From assembly GCF_004010195.1 (NCBI RefSeq), contig NC_057720.1, positions 19,274,965-19,323,465 of the forward strand: 48,501 nt of DNA, in the 5' to 3' direction. Shown piece by piece: positions 13,128 through 25,791 of this stretch (its first letter is position 1; each line of letters starts with the position of its first letter). The position numbers were made by a program, and so were the translations under genes. Under the pieces are notes generated by a model. It was not told the origin of the DNA. It searched no databases and was given only the letters and a program-made list of their open reading frames with translations. Source of the stretch: Chiloscyllium plagiosum. Its lineage: Eukaryota.

Positions 13128-13573
13128 CTCAAAAGGTTTCCAGCTGGCAGAATCCGCTCTTGACTAGGCCTGTTTGATACGTTCAAGCTCAGACGTTTTT
13201 CTGTGTCCAGTTTTCCATCCGGTGTGCTGCAGACCTGTTGCCTGACGGGAGCAGCTGGCCCGTATTTCTCCTCCACACACCTCAACGGCAGAGTCCGATT
13301 TATGGGCTGGAAAATGATGGCCCCGACCTGCTCGAAGATGGGTTTGCGGTTCCCCACATAGCACCTGACCAGAGCGGGGATGCTGTCAAAGCTGTCCCGC
13401 TCAAACTGGTACTGCAGGCGGCTGTAGCCTTCGTTCAGCCTGACAACCACTCTGTTGATCTTGAAATGGTGAGGGGTGTCCTTCCACTGACAGGTCAACA
13501 CCTGGTTGCCAGGGCTGGAGAGAGATTCACGGATGAGGAAGTCTCCATCCCTCTGAATCAGGGACTCTGCAAC
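13128..13573 (-). CDS. BCAR3: BCAR3-type exon, 446 bp: SH2 domain body (VAESLIQRDGDFLIRESLSSPG...GNLLR)
   Basis: Acceptor TTTGAAG|GTT; donor AG|GTAGGT; phase 0/2; FLIRES phosphotyrosine-pocket motif intact; YSRLQYQFE..SFDSIP.LVRCYVGNR is closer to BCAR3 than to SH2D3C as recalled. Confidence 0.96.
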
Positions 13574-13814
13574 CTTCAAACAGAAACACAGTCAGCAGGA
13601 CTCAGGAGCATGTGCCTGTTGAATTCACTCTCTATCCATCGTAACAACACTGAGTATTCAAGAACCTTATAGTTTGATCAATATTTCATATCCAGTGGTC
13701 AACCAAACCAAATGTAATATAAGGAACAGCAAGAGGCCATTCAACTCCTCAAAATTGCCCCCACAATTCAATGTAATCATGGCTGGTTTGTTCCTCAAAT
13801 CCATTTACCTTTAA

Positions 13815-14095
13815 ATTAAAGAACTGTTGATGCTGGAAATCAGAAACAAAAACAGAAATTGCTGGAGAAACTGTGGAAAGCAGAGTTAACATTTCAGGAT
13901 CGGTAACCCTTCTTAAGAACTGATTTCAGCTCGGAAAAGGTTGATGTATCTGCTGAAGATGGGGTGGGGAGAGGAGTAAATGAGAGCTGGAAATGGAGCC
14001 CAGTGAGAGAGGAAAACCGTTGGACAGTCAAAAGTATGGATAAAGGTCAGGCTGGGAGAATCAATAGCTGCTAACGGGGAACCTAGTAGCTGATG
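13815..14095 (-). mobile_element. Family C Penelope-like terminus, degenerate hammerhead at about 13885-13917
   Basis: GAACTG..GATGCTGGAAATCAGAAACAAAAACAGAAATTGCTGG..CAGAGTTAAC shared with 23870-24465. Confidence 0.5.
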
Positions 14096-15509
14096 GATCA
14101 GCACTGCCCTACACTGGCTCAGTGCTGCCTTGCCCCCCAGTTCCATTTATTCCTCTAGCTCATTCAACGTTCTACCATGAAACGTTTACTTTGTGTTGCC
14201 ACACTCCAGGGCAAATATATATCCTTCCCTTGTACCAGTGCAGCAAGTGGAGTACAGCGGGGTCTCTTTTTAAGTCTCGTGTAATTAAACACAAGAGATA
14301 CATCCAGAGATTCATTTTCAATTCAAAATGATTGTGTATTACATGCGCTGCTCAATCTCCATTTGTACATTTTATTCAGGGGACATCAGATTCCCAAACA
14401 CTGGACCAAATTGCCTAGCTCAAATATTACCAGAATGCCCAGTCTGCTCCCCCCACCCCAACTCCATCTCTGACCAGCACCATCTGCAGAGGAAACAGTC
14501 TCTCCAAATCAGTCTGATTGAATCCTTGTTCCATATCCCAATCACAGCTACTATGTCTCCACTAGACTCCAACATAAGACAGAAGGCTTCGGGCCAGTTT
14601 TACACATATTACACATGTAAGTTGGTGATGTTGCGTTGGCTGAGAGCAATTCTTTCAGCACCAGCTCAAACTCTGGCACCTCCTGATCAGTGCAAATGGG
14701 AGACTGGAGGGGTAGAACTCATCTCTCTAGTAATGGTAAACTGGATGTTATTATACTGGCTGGTCAGGATGCTCTATGCCTACTGAGGTCAATAGAAGGA
14801 AGTGTCAGGCAGGGATTAAAAAGAGTACTCAATGTAACAAAGTCTGTGTAGTCTCCTGACAAAGACCAATTCCATCCCAGCAATTCACTAAGTCTCCTTT
14901 AGATGGAACCTGCAAGTTTCTCTCCAAGCCACTCACCTCTTCATTTGTAAATTTATCACTGTACCTTCAGTGTCACTGGATCAAAATTCTAGAATTCCCT
15001 TCCTAATGGCATTGTGGGTCTACCCCACAGCACATGGACTGCAGTGGTTCAAGAAGGCAGCTCACCCCCACCTTCTCAAGGGCAACTCAGAACGGGCAAG
15101 AAACACTGGGCCCAGCCAGCGACACCCACTCCCGTGAAAGAATTCAAGCAAGAACAATTGTGAAGGCTTCGAATATGATGCTTATAAGATAAAAAGGCAA
15201 TGTTGATTTAATGTGATCATGTTTTTTTCATTTATAAACCAGCACACAGCATTGTGAAATCAGGGCTCTGGGGAAAATGATCTCATTGCTTGTATTGAAA
15301 TAATCAGTGTTAAATGATACTATAAAGTCTAGACTGACTCAAAACCATATGGGATCTCTGGAGGAATCCCATGTAGGAAACATTGTCTCATTTCTGCACT
15401 AATTTCTAGCAGCTCAGGTCTGACTATTCAAGGAAAGTGAACAACCACAGCTCAAAGGAAAATAAATGGCATGGTCCAGATCAAACCAAGCAATGTTCAG
15501 CAGCATTAC

Positions 15510-15638
15510 CTTCCTGGGAATTTGGCCGTGGTACCAGGCATGACTTCGTAGATCTTCACTGTTTAACTTCAGTTCTTCCTCCAGCTCCTTTTTCAGTTTC
15601 TCAGGTGTTGAGTCCATTATGTACCTGTCCTTAGAGAA
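15510..15638 (-). CDS. BCAR3: BCAR3-type exon, 129 bp: FSKDRYIMDSTPEKLKKELEEELKLNSEDLRSHAWYHGQIPRK (start of SH2 domain)
   Basis: Polypyrimidine tract with TTTCAG acceptor; donor AAG|GTAATG; phase 0/0; hallmark NSP-family peptide and SH2 WYHG motif. Confidence 0.96.
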
Positions 15639-18379
15639 CTGAAAACAGAACAGCAGAAACAAAGAGTCTGTCAAAATCCCTCCAGCCAGTCCTTGCTCTG
15701 TTACCCAAAGGTAACGGCTGCACACTTCATTTAGATTCACTCACTGAACCTACTTGGAGTTCAAAAGCATATTTGGCCGTGATTTCCATTTTCCAGCTGG
15801 TCTTTTTAATTTCAAATCAATAGCAGCAGGAGATGAATTACACTGGTCACACTGTTCACGCCGAGCAGTTAGAAATACCCTTGCTTCAATCAAGCTAACA
15901 CTGTAATGACTCTGCTAACCTACAGGAAAGAGTGTTCTCCCAAACTGCTAATGATGCATTTTATTTGTTTTTATTGATCTAATGATATTTAGTTACAAAA
16001 AATTAATTTCCGTCACTGCATTATTTTATGAGCTAGGAGAAGCTCTGTACACAGCTCTCAAAAATTCACCTCATAAAGGTTTATTTTTCCATGAGTAACT
16101 CTGATTGTGACAGTTGCCTGGAGATATAACAACTGAGCTATGTATCCACCCTCTCACTTTCTAATCCCGTGGGACAAAGATAAGAAGCAGAAAATAAATA
16201 TGAAAGACTAAAAGGCACATGCAAACCCTTGAGCTAATGTTGAGTATGTGAATGAGGGTATACACAAACATTTGTGTTGATATCTGTGTGTGTGTGTGGC
16301 TCTGTGGTCTACTTTGCCATTGAGCATTATGAGCGATTCTGATTCCTAATGCAACTTCCTCTCCATTAATATCAGTTTAATGAGCTGATAATTCACTTAC
16401 ATTTAATTATTAGTTCAACAAAACACCAGTGTGGACCACTGTTTGCCTTGTTATCATTATTCACTTGTCACTCCATCTCTGCTTTCATACTCATTAACAT
16501 AGTGCATTCATGAGTTACCTCATCTCTGTCACTGCCTATGTCTCACCTTTTCATAAACGTAGAGCTCAGCATCACTATTTGCAAGAACAAAGTAAACTTT
16601 CTATCCCGAATATTTTTCAAATATTGTTTTCCTCATGGAAGGAACCGTAGTATTTCTGCACCTTTGATCTCATCCTGGATGCATTTGATTTTATGCTCAA
16701 CTCCTTGTAGCTTCATCAGTTTAAAAAGACCGCACTTTGCCAAGCACCACAGATTCCAATCCAGCACCATTCCGTCATTATTTGTCTACACTATAAATCA
16801 ATGCACTTCAAAATATTCTTTACAAGTGCTTAAGCATGGCGAGGATTTTCTGAAAGATGTGACAACATTCTAAAAGCACAAGCCTTTCCATCTTGATTGT
16901 AGTTCTGGAGTCGGAAACGGGCAGGTAAGTAGGGCACCAGCTGGGTAACGAGCCAAGTGCCAGGTGGGTTGGGTGCCAGCCAACCTTCCCTGTAAGCTCT
17001 GCAGCCACTGGGAATCTCTGTGAATTGATTGGTCAATGATTGCTTCTGCTTTCGGATGTTGCTGTCACGCAGTAAAAAAAATTACAAGGAACACTGCTAC
17101 CAGCTTGGTTTGAGGGGTAGGGTACCAAGTGGTTAGGATGCCAGATTGTGAGGTGGTAAGGGAACCAGGTAAGTAATGCAGAGGTAAAAACAATGACTGC
17201 AGATGCAAATCAGTCCAGAGCAGGGAAACAGAGGGCACAAGAGAAAAGGGCAGTGGCTCTGGAGAGGGCGAAAGAGGTCGGGGAAGGAGGAGCGGGAAAA
17301 AGGGGGAAGCAGCAAGCATGGGGCAGCAGGAGCAAGTGGCATGGCAACGGAGATGGGCTCTGGGACAGTGGAGAATGATGGACAAATCCCGGGAGATGAC
17401 ATGGAGTTAGGTCAGGAGCAGGTGGAAGAGATGGTGGGTGGTCAGGTCCAGTTAGGGTTTGGGGGTGGTGGAAGGAGCCTATGGGGCGGGAGGGTGTATC
17501 TGGGGGTGTGCACGAGATAAGTATAGGACCTGCTGAATATTTACTCTGGAGTTAAATCAAGGGCTGAACCTTACCTTTACCGGAAAGTGCGAGTCATGTC
17601 GAGTTTGAGTGAGCGATTCTTGCTGTACCTCACCAAACCCACCACTTTAATTACTGTTTGAGCTCGCGTAATGAGAATCACATTTGATTTCGGGGAGTCA
17701 GTGTGGGCAGGGACCTGGAGGGCAGCATTGGTTTTCCATCAGGAAGGGAGTGTGATACCAGGCCATGCCAGCCTGCTCCAAGGTTCTTACCTGGGTTAGA
17801 GCTGTCTCAGATGTCTGTAGGACACCCAGCACTACAGGAAGGAGCTCAATGTCCTTCTGTACTTTGTCAGGGCAAGTGCCACCATCTTCTGTAGATACCT
17901 TATACTGACCCTATCTCTGCTACTATACCCTACCATTCTCACTATTACCTGCAACATCTTCCTCATTCACTCTCACCCACCCCAACTACCAGATACCACT
18001 AATCCCCATAACCTGCGCATTGCCTGCTCACTTGCTCAGGAAATCCCCTCACCTGCACCAACAGTAATATCTATGCCACCCACTTTCACCTCCCTCAATT
18101 CCTGACTCTCCCTCCTTCAGGAGGAAAAGAGCATCTGGCTGGGCAGAAATTATTGCGAGGAAATTTCCACCTTTCACACAATTTCTTCAAAGTGTGCTAC
18201 AATGGAAATTCCACATGGTTCCCTATGCACACCTCCCACCTCTGCTGGAGTATGGCCATCAGAAAATCCAGACCAATGAATGAAATTCTGCAGGTTCTCC
18301 CAGTCTCCACCATAACATTCCCATACTTATCCCCAAGGAAAATAATGCAGTCAACAGATTTTAAAATGGGTTTTTTGCA

Positions 18380-18700
18380 TACAGTCATACAGCACAGGAA
18401 CAGACATATCGATCCAATTCATCCATGCTGACCAGACATCCCAATCTGACCTAGTCCCTTTAAACCCTTCCTATTCATAAACCCATCCAGATTACCTTTT
18501 AATTATTGTAACAGTACCCGCCTCCACCAGTTCCAGACACGCACCACCCTCTGCGTGAAAAAGTTGTCCCTTTGCTCCTTTTTAAATCTTTTCCCTCTCA
18601 CCTTAAACCTATGCCCTCTAGTTTTGGAGCTCCCACTCATGGTAAAAGACTTTGGTTATTCGCTCTATGATTTCATAAACCTCTATAAGGTCAGCCCTCA
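18380..18700 (-). mobile_element. CR1 LINE 3' end
   Basis: CCTCTCACCTTAAACCTATGCCCTCTAG and CACCACCCTCTGCGTGAAAA blocks. Confidence 0.8.
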
Positions 18701-19022
18701 GTGTCTGCTGAAGCGACATTTATGACTGTGGGGAAAACCTTGGAATTTCCTGCCTATCCGCATATCCTGTTTCCTTCCCCTGTCAGAGCAAAGCCCAGTC
18801 ACAGGCAGCTCCTCTGTCCAACTGCTGGAAGAAGCTCTCTGTCAGACTGTCAGGGAGTCTCCCAGAATGGGACATGGGATCTTCCAGCTACTGCTGCCAG
18901 AAAGTGACCAAACCTGCAGCAATGTCTTCAGCCAGGCACGGCAACTCCACCTGGTAACTGAATGACAAGGGTCGCCCTGGGATCATAGCTCTCACCGAGT
19001 GGTTACAAATCCCTTACTTTTA

Positions 19023-19353
19023 GAATTTGAATCCCTACAGTGGGGATACAGGCCCTTCGGCCCAGCAAATTCACACCAACTGTCCGAAGAGTATCCCACC
19101 CAGACCCATTCCCCTACCCTATTACTCAACATTTACCCCTAACTTATGCGCCTAACCTACACATCCCTGAACACTACGGGCAATCTAGCATGGCCAATTC
19201 ACCTAACCTGCACATCTTTGCCTTGTGTGAGGAAACCCACGCAGACACGGGGAGAATGTGCAAACTCCACACAGTCACCCGAGGCTGGAATCAAACCCAG
19301 GTCCCTGCGGCTGTGAGGTAGCAGTGCTAACCACTGAGGCACTGTGCTGCCCC
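19023..19353 (-). mobile_element. HE1-type V-SINE
   Basis: Reverse-complement copy of the 7214 element. Confidence 0.85.
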
Positions 19354-19894
19354 AGTAGGGTTTCTGATTAGGGAAGGATTGAATCTCACATGGACCCTGT
19401 GAGATTCAGCAGTTGTCTTGGGCTCAGTTGGAGGCCTGACTCAAGCAGAACAATTGCTTTTAAACTATAATTGAATGTCCCATAAATGGGGTTGATCCAT
19501 TGTGAGGTGCATACTAAGTCCCAGAGAAGGGAAAATGGAAGGAAAATATTTCGACAAATATTAATTTACATTAATTATAAATTCAAATTATTGAATGTTG
19601 TCTCACAGAAAGTGGGTATTCTGTCTAATGTGCCGATCCTCTTTTGAAACTTTCTTTTTATTTCATTAAAAGAAATAGTTTAGTTGACAGAATGGAGAGC
19701 TATATGATAATCAGACAGCCCTGGGATGTCTCTCCAGTGCCGATTCAAATAAGTCAACCTTGCACTACAGTGCCCTCCGGTGGTACACCAGAGAATGTAC
19801 GTGAGGTAGGTTACATACAGAAGTCCCAGCAAAAGTACAAGACTTGGGAGTTCCTTCATCAGACAGGCTATTTTTACTCTTTGATGGAATTTGG

Positions 19895-20570
19895 GCATCA
19901 TTCGTTAGACCAGCATTTATTGTCCATCCCTACTTGCCCTTGTGAGGAGGTAGCAGCACAATGCCTTAATGTACCTTCGCAGTCCATGTGGTGCAGGTAC
20001 ACCTACAATACTGCTAGCAAGGAATGTAGTTCCACAGTTTTGAGCCAGTGACACTGAAGGAATGGCAATATATTTCCAAGTTAGGGTGGTGTGGGATTTG
20101 GAAAGGAACCTTCAGCTGGTGGTGTCTCCATGTCCCTGCTGTCCCTGTCCTTCTGGATAGCAGTGGTTGTGGATTTGGAAGGAGCTGCCTGAGACAATAC
20201 AAACTGCCGATACTATCTGCTGATTGTGGAAGAACTGAATATCTAAAGTGGTGGATGTGGTGCTAAACAAGTGAGCTGCCTTGACCCAGTTTGTTTGAGT
20301 GTTGTTGAAGCCACTTTCTGGCAAGTGGAGCAAGAATTCCATCACACTCCTGACCTGTGCCTTGTAGATAGCGGACAGGATTTGTGGAGTCCGGAGGCGA
20401 GTCCCCAGTCTCTAGCCTGCTCTGTTAAGTACTGGATCTACATGGTTTGTCTGGTTTAGTTTCTCAGCTGCAGTGGCTCAAGAAGGATGCCGTCCACCAT
20501 CACCAGGGTAACTACGGGTTGGGCAACTAAATGTCACCTTGCCAGTGACACCTACATCCCAGGAATTAAA
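19895..20570 (-). mobile_element. Second LINE family 3' fragments (minus, then a short plus tail at about 20468-20570)
   Basis: CAGCATTTATTGTCCATCCCTA tail in reverse; similar tails at 12735-13082, 14930-15145, 40105-40410 and 46500-46962. Confidence 0.7.
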
Positions 20571-21552
20571 AGGGAATTGATTTACAGATTAATTACCACA
20601 GCCTCACATCAACGCCAAGTCAGTCAGTATAAACTAGAACAGATTCTTGACAACATTGAGTCATTCTCTCGTTCAGTACGATAAAAAGTCTCTGTTCTTA
20701 CCAAACTATAACAAAATGTTTGTAGCACAGAAACAGACCATTCAGTTCAATAGGTCCTTGCTGTGGTTTATACTGTGGTCAATACTGATACAATCCATCT
20801 CCCACCTCTCTTCATCTCAGTCCTCTCAACATAACCTTCTCCCTATATTTATCTCGCCTCCCTTTAAATGCATCTCCACAATTCAACTCGAAGAGTGCCT
20901 GTGGTAGAAAATTCTACGTGCTAACTATTGTCTGTAAAAAAAATCCTAAATTTCTTTTTGTGTTAATTGGTGACTCATATTTATGGTCCCCGAGTTCAGA
21001 TCTTGCTCACATCTACTCTATATCTATCCTTTTAATGACCTTGCATCTGTACGAGGTCATCCCTCAGTCTTCTCAGAGGTTCTTTCTCCTGGTTGAGAAT
21101 TCTAGCGCCAGGAAAACAAGAGAGGGACAGAGGTTTGGAAGAATGATGGACAGTCACACTGGTCCATGTTTTATAGGGCCAGTTGCTGTTGGTAATAGAG
21201 CAGAGACTGGGCGTATAGAACGTATCCAAAGCTCCACTGGCTGATTCCTAACTTGCATCAACTCCCATTCGCACAGCAATACCTTGATTTAATATTCTCA
21301 GCCATATTTTGAAATTCTTCCATGGTCTCATTGTTGTAATCTCTCCTGAAATTCTGAGATCCCAATGCTCCACTGATCCTGGCTTGTCATGCTCCCCAGC
21401 TGTTAATGTCTCTTCCACCGGCCGTGTCTTCACGTGACCAGGTCCTTAAACTCTGGAATTCTCTCCTTGCAGTTTGAAACCTCTCTCTCCTCCTTCAGGA
21501 CAGCTCCTAAAACGCATCTCTTTGACCAGGCCATTGGTCACCTGTCCTAGCC

Positions 21553-21890
21553 TGGGCAGCAAGGTTAGCACTGCTGCCTCACAGTGCCAGAGGGTTTGAT
21601 TCTACCCTCAGGTAACTGTGTGGAGTTTGCACGTTTTCCCCATGTCCATGTGGGTTTCCGTCAGGTGCTCCAGTTTCCTCCCACAGTCCAAAGATGCGCA
21701 GGTTAGGTGGATTGATCATGTTAAATTGATAATAATGTCCAGGGGTGTGCAGGGTAGGTGGATTACCCATGGTAAATGCACGGTTACAGGGATGGGGTGG
21801 TGGGGTGGGTCTGGGTAGAATTATCTTCGGAGGGTCAGTTTGGACTCAATGGGCTGAATGGCCTGCTTCCAAACTTATGGATTCTATGAT
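21553..21890 (+). mobile_element. HE1-type V-SINE (diverged)
   Basis: GGTTAGCACTGCTGCCTCACAG head and V-domain. Confidence 0.8.
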
Positions 21891-22081
21891 TGAATATATT
21901 TTTATATGGTTTGATTTCAAATTCATTTGATAATACTTCTGTGAAATGGCTTGAGATATTTTTCTGTGTTGAAGGCAGTATATAAATGCAAATTGTTGTT
22001 GTTCTGAAAACCAGATTGTGGAAATGCTCCACAGCAGACATCACTTAAGCAGCTGTAAGAACAAGGTAGAGGATGGAGTTC

Positions 22082-22214
22082 TCATTCCTGATGAAGAGCT
22101 TATGCCCAAAACGTCGATTCCCCTGCTCCTTGGATGCTGCCTGACCTGCTGTGCTTTTCCATCACCACACCCTTGACTCTGATCTCCAGCATCTGCAGAC
22201 CTCCCTTTCTCTAA
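22082..22214 (+). mobile_element. Family A Penelope-like terminus; hammerhead at 22088-22115 with G12-to-A change
   Basis: CTGATGAAGAGCTTATGCCCAAAACGTC followed by the family A tail. Confidence 0.65.
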
Positions 22215-22304
22215 AGGGTAGGGTTCACTTTGTACAAAGCAAGAACTCAATCATTCACAGTTACACGTCCACCCCAAAACAGTGATCATATCCAAGTTCA
22301 ATTA

Positions 22305-23460
22305 AATCACACAGTACTGAAACAGACTCCGGCCCAACTCGTCCATGCCAACCAGATATCCCAAACCTAACTGGTCCCATTTTCCATGTTTGGCCCATAT
22401 CCCACTAAAGCCTTTCTATTCATGCACCTGTCCAAATAGCTTTTAAATGTTGTAATTTTACCCACCTCTAACACTTCCTCTGATGGCTTATTCCATACAA
22501 GTACCACCCTCTGCATGTACAAGTTGCCCCTCAGGTCGCTTTTAAATCTTTCATCTCTCACCTTAAACTTATGTCCTCTAGTTTTGAACTCCTCTACCCT
22601 GGGCAAAGACCTTGGCTGGTCACCTTATGTATGCCCTTTATGATATTATTAACATCGATAAGGTCACCCATCAGGCTTTGATCCTCCAGGGAAAATGTTC
22701 CAGCCTATCCTCATAACTCAAACCCTCCAGTCCCAACAACATCCTTGGAAATCTTTTCTGCATTCTCTCAGGTTTAGCACCATTCTTCCTATAGCAGGGC
22801 GACCAGAATTGTAGCAGTATTCTAAAAGTCGCCTCAGCAGTGCATTATTGAGCTACAACATGACAACCCAACACCTCTACTCAATGCACTGACCAATGAA
22901 GGTAAGTGTGCCAAATTGCGTTCTTCACTATCTTGTCTCCATGTGATGCTACTTCAACCATGCAAAGGAAAGAAAGTGGCATCTCCTCTGACAAGTTACC
23001 AGAATATTGCCCTCGTGAGAGTGAGGAAGGAGCTCATGAGAATCATTCCAGCGATGAGACATTTCAGTCATGTGGAAAGATTAGAGAATTTAGAACGGTT
23101 TTCTTTGGAGAGGAAATGTCTAATGAAATCTGATCAAAGTTTTCAAATCCATGAACACAGATCAAATGGATAGGGAGAAACTGTTCCCAATCATAGATCA
23201 GGATCTGGAGGGTGCGGATTTAAAGTATTTTGCAAAAGAAGCAAATGTGATCTGGACGAAAGGCCTTTTATTACACAGCAAGTAGTTAGAGTGTGGTGGG
23301 TGCAGGTTCAATCGCGGCATTGGATGGTTATTTGAATGAAAACATTTTACAAGTTCTCTGGGGAAAAGGCAGGAGAATGGCAGAAGCTGAAATGCTTAGA
23401 GAGATGGAGCAGTCTAGACAGGTTTGAATAGCCTGCCTCTGCACTGTGCAGATTCTGTGG
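22305..23460. mobile_element. Two CR1 fragments in opposite orientation (about 22305-22960 minus; about 23000-23460 plus, older)
   Basis: Minus ORF 22367-22606 (KTRGHKFKVR..VWNK..FKSYLD) is the CR1 ORF2 C-terminus. Confidence 0.75.
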
Positions 23461-23514
23461 AATCATCTTATCAAATATCAATAGCTCCTGTAAAGGCGGC
23501 CTTCATGGGGAGCA

Positions 23515-23717
23515 CAAAGTTAAAAATCACACAACACCAGGATATAGTCCAACAGGTTTAATTGGAAGTACACTAGCTTTCAGAGCGACGCTCCTTCATC
23601 TGATGAAGGAGCGTCGCTCCGAAAGCTAGTGTGCTTCCAATTAAACTTTTTGGACTATAACTTGGTGTTGTGTGATTTTTAACTTTGTACACCCCAGTCC
23701 AACACCGGCATCTCCAA
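23515..23717. mobile_element. Family B fold-back insertion centred on CTGATGA
   Basis: About 85-bp inverted arms around 23600; TSD TTCATGGG(G)AGCA at 23502-23514 and 23718-23729. Confidence 0.75.
23597..23631 (+). ncRNA. Minimal hammerhead ribozyme motif (family B)
   Basis: CAU-CUGAUGA-A-GGAGC-GUC-GCUCC-GAAA-GC-UA-GUG: 5-bp stem II; stem I CAU/GUG with a wobble pair. Confidence 0.7.
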
Positions 23718-23869
23718 TTCATGGGAGCAGCCTGATGATAGTTTGGTTTTAAGTCCCAGGCTACCTCATCATTGCTACACTGCCAAATGGCCAATGCATT
23801 GGCTAAATTATGTACTCTTTCTGACCAAAGGCTAGCAGACCCTATTAGAAGGGGAGGCATCCCGAGTGA

Positions 23870-24465
23870 CAATTCATTGGAAAGCAGTCAACTCAGAGTT
23901 AACAATTCGGGTCAGTGGCCCTTCCTCTGAACGGAAGAAGGGTCACTGGACCCGAAACGTTAACTCTGATTTCTCTCCATCGATGCTGTTTTCCCTGGAG
24001 CGCTGGAGGCTGAGGGGTGACCTTAGAGTTTTATAAAATCATGGCGGGCAGGGATAGGATTAATAGACAAGGTCTTTTCCCTGGGGTGGGGGGAGTCCAG
24101 AACCATAAGGCATAGGTTTAGGGTGGGGGGGAAAGATATAAAAGGGACCTAAGGGGCAACTTTTTTCACGCAGGGGGTAGTGAATGTATGAAATGCCAGA
24201 GGAAGTGATGGAGGTTGGTACAATTACAACAATTAAAAGGCATCTGGATGGGTTTATTAATAGGAAGGGTTTAGAGGGATATGGGCCAGGTGCTGGCAGG
24301 TGGGACTAGATTAGTTTAGGATATCTGGTCAGCATGGACGAGTTGGACCGAAGGGTCTGTTTCTGTGTTGCACATCTCTATGACTTGACACTACCAGACA
24401 TGCTGCAATTATCCAACAATTTCTGTTCTTGTTTCAGATTTCCACCATCCACAGTTCTTTTGGTT
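23870..24465. mobile_element. Family C fold-back terminus split by a CR1 3' fragment (about 23989-24388, + strand)
   Basis: CGGAAGA-A-GGGTC-ACTG-GACCC-GAAACGTT at 23932-23961; the family C tail breaks at GATGCTG and resumes at CCAGACATGCTG near 24394. Confidence 0.6.
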
Positions 24466-24828
24466 TTATGATTTTTATTATCCCTTCCTAAACTAAGGAT
24501 AATGTGCTGAACACTTGTAGCACTAGATCAGAATATGCCTGTGGTTAACTGGGTGATTCACTGAGCCCCAGGGGGACAACAGAATGAATTTCTAATCTGG
24601 TGTTTCCTATCCTACATCAGAGAATGGGAATTAACATAATAACACATGGAAGTGATGTTCTAATTGCTGTTTGTTCACAGTGATTTACCACTCACACTTT
24701 CCTGTGATCCATAACATGTCTTTTGATACTATTTGCTGCTCCAATTAAATGCCTTTACCCATCGAAAAAAAGACATCAAACACCCCAATGATGGGTAAAC
24801 ATCAAAGATCAGTGTACAAGAGCAATCA

Positions 24829-24930
24829 GTTAAAAATCACACAACACCAGGTTATAGTCCAACAGGTTTATTTGGAAGCACTAGCTTTCGGAGTGCTGCT
24901 CCTTCATCAGGTGGCTGAGGAGTATAAAAT
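24829..24930 (-). mobile_element. Family B terminus, single arm, carrying an intact hammerhead
   Basis: TSD GAGCAATCA at 24820-24828 and 24931-24939. Confidence 0.7.
24879..24913 (-). ncRNA. Minimal type I hammerhead ribozyme motif (Penelope-like), sense to the BCAR3 pre-mRNA
   Basis: Minus strand reads CAC-CUGAUGA-A-GGAG-CAGCA-CUCC-GAAA-GC-UA-GUG: full core, stem I CAC/GUG, stem II GGAG/CUCC, palindromic AGCU stem III. Confidence 0.7.
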
Positions 24931-25791
24931 GAGCAATCAAATTCATTTATCTATTTATGGCAGACCCATCACTCCCTACAACAAATGAATACTTATTAAT
25001 ATATTGCATGGAGAATTAGAGTGTAACAAGAGAAACAGGCCATTCAAGCCATCAAATCTGTGCTGGTATTTTTCTCCACAAGTCACAGACTCATCACACT
25101 CTCTACCTCATTAATTTATTGTGTGGCATTTCTCAATTTGAAAATTGTTTTGAAAATAATTTTTAAAATTTACTTCACTTGATGTAACACATCCCAAATA
25201 TATTGCTGTGTCCAACCCTGGTGTTCTTGGAAATGTGGTTGTAAGATCTAGAGAGGTAGGTGCAGGAGTAAGCCATTTAGCCCATTGAGTTCATTCCTCA
25301 TTTGGTAACACCATGGCTGATGTAATACGACCATAACTCTACTTTCCTTCCATTCCCCAAAATGCTTGACTCCCTTATCTGTCTACGTCTGAGTAATTCA
25401 GCCTTGAACATTTTCAATCACCCAGCTTCCACGATTCTCTATGAAAGAGCATTACAAAGACTAATGACCCTCTGAGATGTTTCTCCTCATATTTGTCTTA
25501 AATGGGAGATTCCTGAAGGAGCAAATTACTGTTGATGCTGGAATCTGCACTGAAAGCAGAAATTGCTGTAAATCACAGCAGGTCAGGCAGCATCCGTGGA
25601 GAGAGAGCTAGCTAACTTTTCGAGTCTAGTTTATTTTTCAGCATTTCTGTTTTCATCCCTTGTTTTTAAACTGGTCCCCTCATTTCTAGATTCAGAAACA
25701 TTCCTCCAGTAACTACCCAGTCAGCCCTCTTCAGAACCTTAATTGTTTCAATCAGATCACCTCTCATTCTTCCAAACTGCACTAGTTTAGG

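Noticed and set aside
17065..17520. Overlapping ORFs of about 100 aa
   Set aside because: Purine-rich low-complexity sequence, probably a decayed repeat; no recognisable protein or splice support.
17568..17630. Minus-strand AAG|GTAAGG donor with a ..FPVK phase-0 frame as an extra exon
   Set aside because: No convincing start or acceptor; lies at the edge of repeat-like sequence.
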